This document shows, piece by piece, positions 1 through 14,941 of a stretch of 64,000 nt of DNA. The notes beneath the pieces are model-generated. The model ran no database searches and had not been told where the DNA came from. It saw only the letters and a program-made list of their open reading frames with translations. How positions within the stretch are numbered: the first letter of the stretch is position 1; every line of letters starts with the position of its first letter. The position numbers were made by a program, and so were the translations under genes. Source of the DNA: Eledone cirrhosa. Its lineage: Eukaryota. The stretch spans positions 31,062,001 through 31,126,000 of the forward strand of contig OZ024759.1 of the NCBI GenBank assembly GCA_964016885.1, given 5' to 3'.

Positions 1-505
1 GTGAGGAGGGCGACTTTGGACATCCTGCAGGACTAAAAACAAAACCTGTCAAAGGGCAAAGGACCTCTTAAGAGTCAATGGCCATCCAAAATCATCGGGA
101 GAGATGACCCCTTAGCCTTTGTCTAGGCAGAATTCTAGGAGAAGGAAAACTCTGATATAACACCTGCAACCCTGGTGGTATCCAATGATGTTGACTTGTT
201 CTTCTTTCTGGTAAATATCATCTTGGTTAAGAGAGTGGGACTGGCTTTGTGCAGTGCCTTTGCTCACTATAAAAGCTTCACGGCACAGGCATTGCTTTAT
301 ATCTGGAGATCTCTCTGCACTTGTCGTCACATGGTACCATGGGCCCAGCACTATGTGTCAATAATTGTCACAAGTGTAGTGTTTGTACCAGAGTTTTCAA
401 TACGCTGGCTGGACTAAAAAGTCACACTCGTTCAGAGCATCGGTAGGGGTTCTCCTACATGGATATAAAGTAGTGGCCGTACTCGAAAACGAGTTGGCAG
501 CCACC
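1..505 (+). mobile_element. Non-autonomous RTE-derived short element, copy 1 (5' part lies outside the window)
   Basis: Highly similar to 46752-47254. It ends in a decayed CxxC..H..H zinc-finger tail followed by (TA)n. Confidence 0.6.
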
Positions 506-515
506 ATATACACAC

Positions 516-617
<102 letters not shown>

Positions 618-619
618 AT

Positions 620-996
620 CTCTCTCTCTCTCTCCTTTCTCTTTCTCTCTCCTCCATCCTTCTTATACTATTCCTCCGTTATCCTTTCCTTCTTTTTTCC
701 TTTCTTCCTTTCCTTCCTTTTCCCCCTTTCTTCCCTTTTTTCTAATCTTCTATATCCTTTTAAATTTATTTATCATATGTTGATGAGACACTACCTTGTT
801 CACAAGTGTTTTTTTTTAATCATCATATCATGTCTCCCTATTTTATCTGATGAGAACGCAAATATCGTCCCAGGATGATATTTGTTTTTGAAATGCGCAT
901 AATAAAATACGTGGAACTTTTTTAACCATCTTTTAATTTCTTCTTATATATATATATATATATATAAGAAGAAATTAAAAGATGGTTAAAAAAGTT
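620..996 (+). mobile_element. Penelope-like pseudo-LTR/3' fragment with hammerhead and tail-to-tail inversion
   Basis: Pyrimidine-rich segment, then an HHR at 839-909, then an end in (TA)n with an inverted copy (915-996). A related fragment lies at ~46282-46335 on the minus strand. Confidence 0.6.
839..909 (+). ncRNA. Minimal type-I hammerhead ribozyme (long stem II)
   Basis: TATTTTAT-CTGATGA-[stem II GCAAATATCGTCC/GGATGATATTTGT]-GAAA-TGCGCA (palindrome)-TA-ATAAAATA. Stem I is 8 bp and perfect. Confidence 0.75.
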
Positions 997-1029
997 AAAA
1001 CATCATATTGGGTTCTCTGACCGTATAAT

Positions 1030-1089
<60 letters not shown>

Positions 1090-1588
1090 ATTATACGGTC
1101 AGAGAACCCAATATGATGTTTAAAAATCGATATCTTGCTAGAAATCAATAACGTGTTTTAAACTAATATAGAATGTGGATGAGAGTGTGTGTCTATGGGG
1201 AAACTGGAAGGAGTTTTGTAGAAGTACAATATTTATGGACGCTTTTTTTATTTGATAAATATATTATTATGATTTTTTTCTTTTTTAAACAAGATGTGTG
1301 GAGCTTCAAAGGGAAAGAGATATCCATTAAACGATGTCATTGGGTCCCTATTGAACTCAATTAAAAACTCTATTTACTTTAGAAAACATGAAATATATTT
1401 ATATCTTGCTGTCGAAATTTTTTAGTTAATTTTGTTTTCAATCAACTCACACCACGCAACAAAATTCTTTGTTTTTGTGATGTGACCTGTAATGTATGCT
1501 ACAGTGCCGGTACTAATTGAAATGTTTTATTCATTTCGCTGTCCATTTATATTCATACCCAGAGAAGGGTGTTGCTTATTATTTAGTG

Positions 1589-1700
1589 CAGGCATGGGCA
1601 ACCTTTTTCGAGAAGCAGGCCGCATGAGATATGGCTCATCATCAGGCGGGTTGCGAGCGCTATTTTATATTCGTGCCCACATTAAAAAAGGGGCGGTAAC
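1589..1700 (+). mobile_element. hAT (Charlie-like) DNA transposon/MITE end fragment
   Basis: Starts with CAGGCATGGGCAACCT, which resembles hAT TIRs, followed by GGCCGCA/GCGGG subterminal motifs. No partner TIR was seen. Confidence 0.4.
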
Positions 1701-2070
1701 TCAGGTTGTTTTGATTTGTTTCTTCAGAATTCGTCCACGTTGTTTTCCTCGATCTTAAAAATGATAGAAAGATAAATTACGACTGAAACGTTGGGGTAAA
1801 AAAATTCAGAAAGATTTCACTTAGGTGACTTAGGCGAGCCATTCAGAAAGCTTATATATATTTATATATATTTCGTTTCTGAATTTGTTTAGCAAGATTC
1901 TTTATCTGAAAACGTGTGTTGAAACCAATATTGTTATACTTTGGGAGGGTCATGTTGCCAATAAGAAACACACGCACCAGTTGCTTCACTCCAATTTATT
2001 ATAAATTAAATTTATAAATTTCTGGTTGGTTGGTTGGTTGGTTCCACAACCAGACGATTGTTCATATATT

Positions 2071-2113
2071 GTCAAAGTTCTTTCGTCACACATTCTGTGA
2101 CCTCTTCAGTGAC
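2071..2113 (-). ncRNA. Minimal hammerhead ribozyme in the PLE 3' UTR (stem III degenerate)
   Basis: The minus strand reads GTCA-CTGAAGA-G-GTCACA-GAAT-GTGTGAC-GAAA-GAAC-TT-TGAC, with a GTCACA/TGTGAC stem II. Confidence 0.65.
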
Positions 2114-2283
2114 TGGGGATTCTTTTCTTTGTTTTTGTGCCTCTCCTTTGTTCTGTCCTACGCCATCTTGTTTTTGTGTGTGTTGTGTGCTTTGTTTGCT
2201 CATGTGTGTTACATCCGGGTGTCTGTGTGTGTTTATATTTGTTTATTTACATGTTACTGGTTGGTTGTTTGTTCTATGTGTTT

Positions 2284-3012
2284 TCATTTTGTCCTTAAAT
2301 GTAAGTTGTGATGTTTTCTATTTAATTTTGGTTGGAGTTCATTTATGTTTATTGCCTCTGTGATTTGTCTAAACATTGCGTCTTTTCTGTGTGTAGATGC
2401 TATCTTTATTTCTATGTCCTCTAATCTGCCCTTATGTTCTATTTTAGCATGTTGGTGGAGTACAGATGATTCTTTACTATCTGAAAGTTCTCGCCAGTGT
2501 TCATTTATCCGTTCTCCTATACTACGAGCTGTCTCACCTATGTACATTATATTCTTATTTCTACATTGTCCTTCAGTACATCTTATGCTATATACTACAT
2601 TTCTAGTTTTACAGTTAATATGGGGGCTTAGTTTACAGATTATACATTTCTTATCTATACAGGGAGATCTTTCAAAAGGGTATGTATTGCTAATAAGTGT
2701 TTTTATGGAGGTACCTGGTCTTTCTACTATCTTAATATTGAGTTTATGTTTATCTAGGACCCTTCTAAATTTGTAAGCTAATTCACCTCTAGGGGTTGTA
2801 TTGATGAACATTACACTCTGGTATTTATTGCTATCATACCATGAGTTTATCCTATTAACCTTATTCCTAGATCTTTCTATTCTATTCCAAAATTTGCTCC
2901 TATACAAGGGGCAGGTCCCAGTTGTATCATTATTTACCATTTTTTCCCATTTGGTTCTGGCTCCTCTACATACTTTGATTTTATCTCTCTGATTGTAACC
3001 AGAGAACTGCAT
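2284..3012 (-). CDS. C-terminal part of a PLE polyprotein: RT thumb/linker, CxxxxCxxC knuckle and GIY-YIG endonuclease (5' truncated, so the Met is not the true start)
   Basis: Motifs QFSGY, PLYRSKFW, CIDKKCIIC, NVVYSIRC..C..YIGETARSIGERINEH, SVLHQH..EH and RQITEAININELQPKLN. The frame stays open upstream up to the (TA)n at ~3030. Confidence 0.88.
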   Translation of the reverse strand: MQFSGYNQRDKIKVCRGARTKWEKMVNNDTTGTCPLYRSKFWNRIERSRNKVNRINSWYDSNKYQSVMFINTTPRGELAYKFRRVLDKHKLNIKIVERPGTSIKTLISNTYPFERSPCIDKKCIICKLSPHINCKTRNVVYSIRCTEGQCRNKNIMYIGETARSIGERINEHWRELSDSKESSVLHQHAKIEHKGRLEDIEIKIASTHRKDAMFRQITEAININELQPKLNRKHHNLHLRTK

Positions 3013-3027
3013 ACAGTGGATGAAGTG

Positions 3028-3065
<38 letters not shown>

Positions 3066-3101
3066 GTGTGTGTGTATGTATGTATATATATATATATATA
3101 T

Positions 3102-3327
3102 GGGGAGGGTCATATTTGTGTAATATTGCCAGAATTAATAACAGAACACACTCACTGTTTGGTTGGTTTTCGCTTTTCGCTTCTGTGTCTTTTATATCGG
3201 TAATCTAATTTATTCGGTCCTCAATGTTACCATTGACTGAACAACGGTCAAAAATACAGATACAATATAGACACAAACACATATATATAGTTTATCAAAG
3301 TTCTTTCGTTGCACATCTGCAACATCG

Positions 3328-3330
<3 letters not shown>
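3102..3330 (-). mobile_element. Diverged pLTR fragment of the same PLE group, with a truncated HHR
   Basis: GGGAGGGTCAT..GCCA matches ~1943-1960. The minus strand of ~3295-3330 reads TGACGA-TGTTGCA-GATG-TGCAAC-GAAA-GAACTT. Confidence 0.55.
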
Positions 3331-5132
<1,802 letters not shown>

Positions 5133-5527
5133 CCAGTTCACCTGTTCCATTCTCATATATATTTCGTGAATGTAACTATGTGAGTACTAACCAGAGTCGA
5201 ACAAATATGAATATATTTAAGTTAACTTTATTATTTTTACTTCCATTTCTGGAGCTCCAGTTTGTCAGTAATTTCAATGCCGCATATTTTTTTTATATAT
5301 ATAAAATTTTATATTCATGGTGTACTAATCCTGTAGAGAAATCAAATATTCTGTTTATAAAGACTATAGTGATACATGAATATTCAACATGGAGGAATCT
5401 CTGTTCTAGTACCGTTACTTATAGCTCAAAGTATCTTCATAAATTATGCATACATCAATGATCACATATCCGTTACTTTGATATAACGGCTAACGTTGTT
5501 AGAAGAATAGTAATCAATGTGTCTATT

Positions 5528-6028
<501 letters not shown>

Positions 6029-6200
6029 AAGGATAGATTCTCCTTTTATTCTTCTTTAAAACCTTTTCTTATTATATTTCTAATGAAAGACATTTCCTAT
6101 AATGTTGAAAACATTTTGAAAATAATCGAAATCTTTGGAGTGATTTAGTAATATAACTAAAGCTACCTTTATTATTATTATTATTATTAAGACGGTGTTT

Positions 6201-6580
6201 CAATCCCTCATCAACATTTTCAAGTTTCACTTGGAAAGGAAGGTGTGTGTGGAGAGAGAAATTCTGCCTCCCAGTACATTTGCTGAAAGGTGGGTGAATG
6301 TGGTGAGAATGGTCCGTGTGAGTGGGCCTACTCTGATGATGCGCCTGTAGGTGGGTGAATTTGAACAGGAGAGGGGTGCCCTTCCCGGGTGCTCTCGAAG
6401 AGTCGGGTTGTTAAGGATTGGTGGGGTACCTGAATCAACCCTGGTAATTTTTCATTTTTATTTTTGTTGTTATTTTGTTATTGTTATTTATATTTTTACA
6501 CGTTATATATGTAAACCCCCACTGTCTCCGTCTATTGTATTGTCCCCTATATGTCGGCCCTTGTGGTAAATAAATGAAAC
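6201..6580 (+). mobile_element. 5'-truncated L1/Tx1-like LINE 3' end with a 19-bp target-site duplication
   Basis: TSD TATTATTAAGAYGGTGTTT at 6182-6200 and 6581-6599. ORF2-like end QSLINIFKFHLERKVCVEREILPPSTFAERW...*. The 3' UTR ends in CTTGTGGTAAATAAA. Confidence 0.7.
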
Positions 6581-6628
6581 TATTATTAAGATGGTGTTTG
6601 GGACGTAAACTAACAATGTTTCTTACAG

Positions 6629-6685
6629 AGGATTATGAAGGGAGATTTTTAGATGACATTAAAAGATTTGATAGTAAACAGTTTG
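6629..6685 (+). CDS. Candidate 57-nt phase 1-1 coding exon (DYEGRFLDDIKRFDSKQF), unknown gene
   Basis: Branch-like ACTAAC, acceptor TGTTTCTTACAG, donor G|GTAATG and an open frame. No homology was recognised. Confidence 0.3.
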
Positions 6686-7961
6686 GTAATGTAGATTAAG
6701 AAGTTTCATGTGATTTACTCTCAAATGTATTAAGGGGTTTATCCATTTCACAGCATTTATGTTGTGGTACGTCCTTAAAAAGATTTAGACCATTATATCA
6801 AACCCGATCCATTTCTAAGTGTTTATTATCTCGGTCTTTCAAGGGGATTCAGGGAACATTAATTGTTTACGTGTCTAGCAAAATATCTTGTGTGATCTGA
6901 TTCGGTTCTTTGAGTTCGTATTCCACCTCCTTCTGCCAAAATTTGCAACTAATATATAGATAGCATCAGCAATGAAAATACCAATGTAATCTTTGATTCG
7001 TTGGTCTGGTCTGAAAATGATTTACTGTTATTCCTGCACGGTAAGAAATAGTATATTTTGGAGCAAAATAATTAATATTTAGAATGAATAGAATTGAATT
7101 TCAAGCATGGCGATACTGTAGGGAAAGAAAAAAAAGTGGCTTGCAGACGCAAAGTATTGCAAATATGATGTACACAGAATACATTTAAATGTTAAGTTGG
7201 AATGGGAATTTAAAGAGTCAAGAATAAAATGGAAAGTCCATCAAACGCCTCAGGTTAATAATTATGGCAAAAATATATGAAATAAACATAACGTTGTGGT
7301 AGGAATATAGTAGTTTAGAAATACACGTGGGGCATGTTGCAAAGTTTCTGATTTTGGTCTTGATGCTAAAGTATATAGTTTTACATAACATGCTAAATAT
7401 TTTATGCTAATGAGCCAGACGGTAGTTTGAGATTGTTTAACCTATATAGTAGCTGAAACTATCTTGGTGTATGAGTAACAATAGATAAATATTAATTTGC
7501 ATACATGTTCCAGTATCCACAGATAGAGTTGTAGGGGCACCATATTGACATAGAACGGTCTCTAGGGTAGTTTTAAACCTGGTGGTACCCATCTTCTCTC
7601 CAGGCCTGTATACCGAAGATTTCTACCAGAGGAGGATAGAGAGAGAGAAAGTAGAAGGGAGAAATAGATTGTAGTAAATATATTCCTACCTTGTTGAAGC
7701 CTCATCAGGTTCAGGCGCTTCATTTGAAAACACTGAATGATACACCTACTCAGGCTTAGAGGTTTCCATCTTAAATGGTAAGACTGTATCACTCGGTATC
7801 ATTAGAATTACAGATATAATAAGTCTTTATGGAGATAACGTCCCGAGTATCAATAAGTAATGTGATTCTGTGTCTAAGCACATTAAAACATGTACACATA
7901 CACACACACACACACATAAACACCAACACGCATACACACACACACTTATATATACACACAC

Positions 7962-7998
<37 letters not shown>

Positions 7999-8024
7999 TA
8001 TAAGAACACACACATATATATATG

Positions 8025-8097
<73 letters not shown>

Positions 8098-8103
<6 letters not shown>

Positions 8104-8250
8104 AAAAAGAGATGAAATCGAAAATGCAACTTAAGTCTTATTTTTTAAAAAAATATATATATTTATTTGGTTCCTTTACCGGTTTCGCAGTTCTTCTGCT
8201 TTTCAAAAGGTGAGTTGAGATGGAGGGTCTGTGGTTTTTCTCACATCTGT
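8098..8250 (-). mobile_element. Solo PLE pLTR fragment between (TA)n tracts, carrying an HHR at 8173-8210
   Basis: Nearly identical to the arms of the 42988-43287 palindrome. Confidence 0.75.
8173..8210 (-). ncRNA. Minimal hammerhead ribozyme, U3-A8 variant
   Basis: CCTT-TTGAAAA-GCAG-AAGAA-CTGC-GAAA-CCGG-TA-AAGG on the minus strand. Confidence 0.7.
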
Positions 8251-8333
8251 ATATATGTATATATGTATATATATATATATATACATATATACATATGAAC
8301 ATATATATATGAACACACACACTATATATAGAG

Positions 8334-8394
<61 letters not shown>

Positions 8395-8649
8395 TACAAG
8401 GGTGGTGTGTATGATTGTGTATAGAAGATTATATTAATAAAAGGAATTCCAACTTTGTCTGATTTACTCGTTTTATTTACAATCCTTTAAAATTTATAAT
8501 GGTATTAGAATGAAATAGTATGGTAGAATATTAAATGTTAAGTGTTAATTGAACAAGTACTTTCATGCTTTCGCAATCTTCAGGTGAAAGTCAAGTTTGC
8601 AATTTTCAACTGTAGTGAGATGGGTAAATTTTGTGCCTTAGAAACAGTG

Positions 8650-8781
8650 AAAAGTGGCTACAGAATGCTAAATCTTGCAAACTGTATTTCGACCAATCGG
8701 TGTGTAGTTTCACTGGATTACTAAAACTGATTGGTTTAGGCGTCACGGTTTGTTGAGCATGTCTAACAACTACTATTTGAC
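8650..8781. repeat. Dispersed ~130-bp repeat, inverted copy of 11693-11822
   Basis: AAAGTGGCTACAGAATGCTAAA...GCATGTCTAACAACTAC closely matches the reverse complement of 11693-11822. Confidence 0.8.
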
Positions 8782-9009
8782 ACTATCCAAAGCATCAATT
8801 GTTTTGCTATTTTTAGAAATGATGAAAATAGCACTTTCTAGTAATCATCACCATCAACATCACTTTTATTATTATTATTGTTGTTGTTGTTAGTGGTCGT
8901 AGTCATAGTCATATATACACATATATATTTACATATATATATGAACATATATATATATAAATATATATATATAAATATATATATATACATATATATATAT
9001 ATGAACATA

Positions 9010-9064
<55 letters not shown>

Positions 9065-9711
9065 GATATTAAACAAATGGAGACTATATTTATAAAACCA
9101 TATTTATTTCATTATACATATTTCGAGTGCTTTATATCAGTTATAAAATATTTACTTGTTGTAACCCAACAATTTTAAATAAAACTTTTGCATATATATA
9201 TATATATTATATATATATATATATAGTGGGAGGGGGGAGAGGCGGGAAGGTAAAAAATATATTTGGGATTATATAGAGTGAATATTTGAAATGAATCATT
9301 TAAGTATTTTGCAAGATAGAATTCTCGTGATTATATAATAGCAAACAAGTTAAACTTATCTAAATATATTTTAGTTCACACTATCACGACCAGGACGAAT
9401 CTTCGTGAATTGATCTCTCCATTAGTTCTTGCTAAATTTTAAGAGATGCAATATTTATTTAAAGACAAGTACAAAACCAAAACCAAAATAAAAATTTGTC
9501 GCCAAAATTTTACAATGTAATGCTTCTTGTCATTTCTCTTTAACAAGAGAAAATATATTTTCTTTATTTCGGAATATAAGAATGTGCATTGCTTCTGAAT
9601 AATGACTGGTGATAATCAAATAAAACAACTGTATTAAATTTAAACTAATGAAATATATATAGGAATTAATTTATGTTTTTATATTCTATGTCTTCAACTT
9701 TCGTCGTTTAC

Positions 9712-9886
9712 CTTGCAGTTTGTTTATCCAGCAATGTCTGTGATAATTTAACTAGTTTTCGTCTGAAGATTTTAATTAATTCTCCAATACTATCTAGAAG
9801 CCATAGCGTTATGTGATGAGTGGAAGGAATGAAAAATATATAATAAAAAATCAATTACCTTTAGAAATGTAAAAAGCCAATAAAGA
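9712..9886 (-). CDS. Two candidate small exons (9886-9859 and 9793-9712) encoding SLLAFYISK-D-SIGELIKIFRRKLVKLSQTLLDKQTA
   Basis: Canonical AG/GT ends, a phase-compatible join across a 65-nt intron and an open frame. Product unknown. Confidence 0.25.
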
Positions 9887-10007
9887 CTGACGAAGAATAT
9901 TAGTGATATGAGAAATTTAAATATTCCACATAATTCTTGTTAAAACATTTTATTATTTAAATTATAAATGAGACGGAGATAAAATATATATTTATATATA
10001 TATTTAA

Positions 10008-10190
10008 GAAAAGAGTCAGGAGCCCAACGGCTGAGCTCCGGCCGTTTCGACAGCTAGATCCGAACTTTACTGGATCCGTTCAGATCTAGCTGTCGAAACG
10101 GTCGGAGCTCAGCCGTCGGGGTCCTGACTCTTTTCCTATTACCCACTCTACTATACTAAGTATCGAGTGCTTTCTTACCACACTTTGTTA
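10008..10190 (+). mobile_element. PLE pLTR family 'GTCGGGGTCC' with a head-to-head fold-back palindrome (10008-10135)
   Basis: The arms contain TCGAAACGG (3' part of an HHR core). The tail CCTATTACCCACTCTAC...(TA)n is shared with the copies at 14755, 23108, 37765, 38001 and 44697. Confidence 0.7.
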
Positions 10191-10315
10191 TATATATATT
10201 CATATATTTTCTCTTCTCCACTTATAATATTTAGCTGACAACAAATAATCACGTGGCAGAGAAGAATTAATAAATAGTTTTGTCTCTTCGTTGTGAACAA
10301 CTAAATATTTGTTAT

Positions 10316-10432
10316 CTTCTTCTTCTTCTTCTTCTTCTTCTTCTTCTTCTTCTTCTTCTTCTTCTTCTTCTTCTTCTTCTTCTTCTTCTTCTTCTTCTTC
10401 TTCTTCTTCTTCTCCTTCTTCTTCTTCTTCTT
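10316..10432. repeat. (TTC)n microsatellite
   Basis: Visible directly in the sequence. Confidence 0.97.
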
Positions 10433-11054
10433 TTCTCTGTCCTCTCTTCTGCGACAACAGAGCTCTTTCCATCCCCTCCCTGTCTCGTTCTTTTTCTTCT
10501 TTCTTTCTCTCTTTTTTTTCTATATTCACTATTCTTTCTTCCCTTTTGTTTCCCCTCTTTTTTTTTTTCTTACTAAATAAAATGTGTTTTTTGCTTTCGA
10601 ATAAATTTTGAATATCTCCATGATCTTTTATTAAGTCTTTTGTAACGTACGTAGATGTACTTTAGTAAGTAGAAGAATATTAAATGAATGTTTAAGCATG
10701 AATTCATGTAATTTAAATTCTAAATAATGGAAAAATTATTAATTGCATGTAATATATAGGCTTTTGCTTTCTATTCCATAGTGGTTATTTTCATAAAATA
10801 AATAATCAATTTTAATATTAATATTCGTGTAATTTATGTAGAAATTACCGTTGCAGCAGATGTTTTCCATATAATACATAGATTAACTTGGCTACCTCAA
10901 GCGATTCAATTTCTTTCTTCTTTCTGAAGCTCTAAAATGTATCGACTAAAACCAATGTTGGATAGTTGAATAGGAAGGCGACAGAGAGGGTCACGGTTAA
11001 GGAACCTTAAATGTTGGGTTAAATATCTCTTAAAACTAGATAAAGCGTGGAACA

Positions 11055-11604
<550 letters not shown>

Positions 11605-11818
11605 TATACATATATATATATATATATAAATATATACATATATATATAAATATATATATAAATATATATATATATATATGTATATATATAGGGTCAATTA
11701 GTAGTCGTTAGACATGCTTAACCAACCGTGACGCCTAAACCAATCAGCTTTAGTAATCCAGTGAAACTACACACCGATTGGTCGAAATACAGTTTGCAAA
11801 ATTTAGCATTCTGTACCA

Positions 11819-11882
<64 letters not shown>

Positions 11883-11904
11883 TGGTACAGAATGCTAAAT
11901 TTTG

Positions 11905-12000
<96 letters not shown>

Positions 12001-12098
12001 GGTCAGGTCTATTTATTCCTTAGAATCTTCTGCTTCTTGTGAAGGTGGTATGGTGCATGGTTCTGATCTTCTCAGACATGACATCTTAAATTTTGTTA

Positions 12099-12197
<99 letters not shown>

Positions 12198-12954
12198 TGT
12201 GTGTGTTTCAGACGTTAAGAAAAGCAAGCATAAACAAAATTTGTAATATCGATCTTGGAGGTTTACACTGATATAATAATTTGTGTTGATGATTGTGTTG
12301 GGCCTGGAATCGAATAACATTTATAGATTCAATAATTGTTAACCCGATGACTGCAATTCGAACAACGTAAACCCTTGCGCAAACGCCTAGCTGTTATAAC
12401 ATTCTTCAGACTATACATACATGGGGATAGTTGACTGCGTCCCTTATTTGAAGGAAACTTTAAAATCGATATGAGTTTTGAGCTACATATTTTATCGATA
12501 CATTCCATAGGTCAAATTAGACTATATAGTCATGTAGACTATATATTTCATCACACTTTCGTTAAGTGAATTATTAATACAAATAATGTAATACGACGTA
12601 AATTTCAAACTGCGTTTTACCACAAACAATAAATCTAAATGCACTTATCTATATACGAAGAAAACAAATAGTAATAAATATTACTTGTTATAGTAAAACT
12701 CTGTGTGTAAATTTAGAGCTTGATATAACACCCATGAGATTTACGAGAGCAGACATAGACAGAAGCAGAAAAAGAAAACACACGATTCTATGTTGAAGTG
12801 CATATTTACATTAAAATACCATTCATATATTTGTGTAGGGGGGTACACAAACAAACAGACAGACACAAAGTTTTATATATATATATATATATGCAAATAT
12901 ATCTATATATATATGTGTATATATGCAAATATATATATATATATATAGCAAGTT

Positions 12955-13096
<142 letters not shown>

Positions 13097-13227
13097 TATA
13101 TGTATATATAAATATATATGTGTATATATGTATATATATGTATATATGTATGTATATGTATGTATATATATATATTTATATATATATGTATATATATACA
13201 TATATATATATATAAATATGTATCTAC

Positions 13228-13258
<31 letters not shown>

Positions 13259-13261
13259 ATC

Positions 13262-13294
<33 letters not shown>

Positions 13295-13306
13295 TATATA
13301 AATATG

Positions 13307-13337
<31 letters not shown>

Positions 13338-13408
13338 GTATATATATATGTATATATATGTATATATATATGTATATATATGTATATATATGTGTATATA
13401 TATGTATA

Positions 13409-13499
<91 letters not shown>

Positions 13500-13995
13500 C
13501 GTTTACCAATATATATATATATATATATATATGAGTGTGTGACCAGCGTTAGTAAACATGATATGCATGCAAATTCAAACTAGCAATAAAACATTTGGTA
13601 ATAACCGAACGGAAATAACCGTGCAGTAAAAAAACGATGCATTGATTGTTATAGAAAGAAAAAAGAAAAAAGACTTCTCTTCAGCTTTTACTCACTCTCC
13701 TGTCGGATGAGATTACATTATTCATACATACGTAATTAGAACACTTTACTTACATGCCATTAATGCAAATGTAAAATATGTAAATTATTATAGATGTTCT
13801 ACTCGTATCCTCGCATATTCTGGTGTAGAGATACGGACATACGAATATATATATATATAGATATAGATATATATATGTATGTATATACATGTGTGTGTGT
13901 TACTGTATAATGATATATGTAATATGTATATATACTGTATAATTATATATATATGTGTGTATATATATTTATATATCTATATATACTGTGTGTGT

Positions 13996-14074
<79 letters not shown>

Positions 14075-14079
<5 letters not shown>

Positions 14080-14550
14080 AAGTTAAATAAAAAGTCAAAT
14101 GTTTAAAATTTAGCTTCATTTATTACTGCTATATATATATTTCAGTGACAGCCATCTTTGGCTGCGACCTCTTCAGGCAGTCCCAATTAGTGTGGTATAG
14201 ACAAGTACATATGTTGTTGAGGTGTATAATATTGTCAATACTCTGATATGCCCAGTTCCTGGTTGGGTTGTTATTTCACTGAGGAACTGGAATCATATGA
14301 ATTCAAACAAACGAATTTCAGTGTCAAAGGGCCTCTTCTCCTCTCATTGGTCAGTTGTTAGAACATTCCTCATTCTAAGTGTTGTTATTGTTGGAGTTAG
14401 CTTTAAAAATTGATAAAGTGGTAGAAGGGACAAGGTGTTAAAGGAACAAAATAACAAAAAAGTGTCAAACTTCCCATTGGTCAGTTCCGAGAGCATTCCT
14501 CAGTCTATAGAATTCTTTCTGGGGTGAGGCTCCCTGTAGTGTTTGTGTTT
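14075..14550 (-). mobile_element. PLE 3' fragment (ORF end GSLTPERIL*, 3' UTR, HHR) inserted in (TA)n
   Basis: The ORF tail resembles the PLE 'TL.P.GLN' terminus. HHR at 14125-14181, with (TA)n on both sides. Confidence 0.6.
14125..14181 (-). ncRNA. Minimal hammerhead ribozyme whose stem III palindrome is (TA)4
   Basis: ACTGC-CTGAAGA-GGTCGCAGCCA-AAGA-TGGCTGTCACT-GAAA-TATATATA-TA-GCAGT on the minus strand. Confidence 0.7.
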
Positions 14551-14558
14551 GCTATTGC

Positions 14559-14596
<38 letters not shown>

Positions 14597-14754
14597 CATA
14601 TATTTTTTTTTTTATATATGTGTATATACTCTGTATATATATATATGTATATGTGTGTGTGTGTATATGTATATATACTGTGTATATATATTTATATAAT
14701 ATGTGTATATACTGTGTATACATATATATATATATAATATGTATATATATATAA

Positions 14755-14878
14755 GAAAAAAAGAGGGTAAGATAACAGGTGGACTATAACGCACCAGAGT
14801 ACTCAATACTTAGTGTAGTAGAGTCGGCAATAGGAAAAGAGTCAGGACTACAGCGGCTGAGGGCTAGCTCCGAACTGT
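14755..14878 (-). mobile_element. PLE pLTR family 'GTCGGGGTCC', solo and internally deleted copy
   Basis: Matches the reverse complement of ~10078-10190 and 23200-23300. Confidence 0.65.
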
Positions 14879-14941
14879 ATATATATATATATATATGAAA
14901 TATATTTTAACCTGTATTTTTGATTGTATCTTTTAATATGA

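Larger units (their letters stand above)
1872..3030 (-). mobile_element. 5'-truncated Penelope-like retroelement (Naiad/Neptune-type), flanked by (TA)n on both sides
   Basis: Contains a GIY-YIG ORF, a 3' UTR with an HHR, and a pLTR-like end that recurs at 3102-3330, 11108-11416, 33585-33620 and 46405-46521. Confidence 0.85.

Noticed and set aside
112-417. ORFs conserved between 112-417 and 46863-47195, suggesting a duplicated gene
   Set aside because: The conservation reflects two copies of a retroelement-derived repeat, and the frames differ at the 3' end.
2284-3012. Selenocysteine recoding, as reported for some Naiad PLEs
   Set aside because: The visible ORF has no in-frame TGA, and no SECIS element could be identified by eye.
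7562-7890. Possible PLE end (ERRWVPPGLK; CTGATGAGGC on the minus strand)
   Set aside because: There is no GAAA core, the motif order is unconvincing and no second copy was found.
10200-10611. Poly-Glu, poly-Leu and poly-Ser ORFs
   Set aside because: They are frames of the (TTC)n microsatellite.
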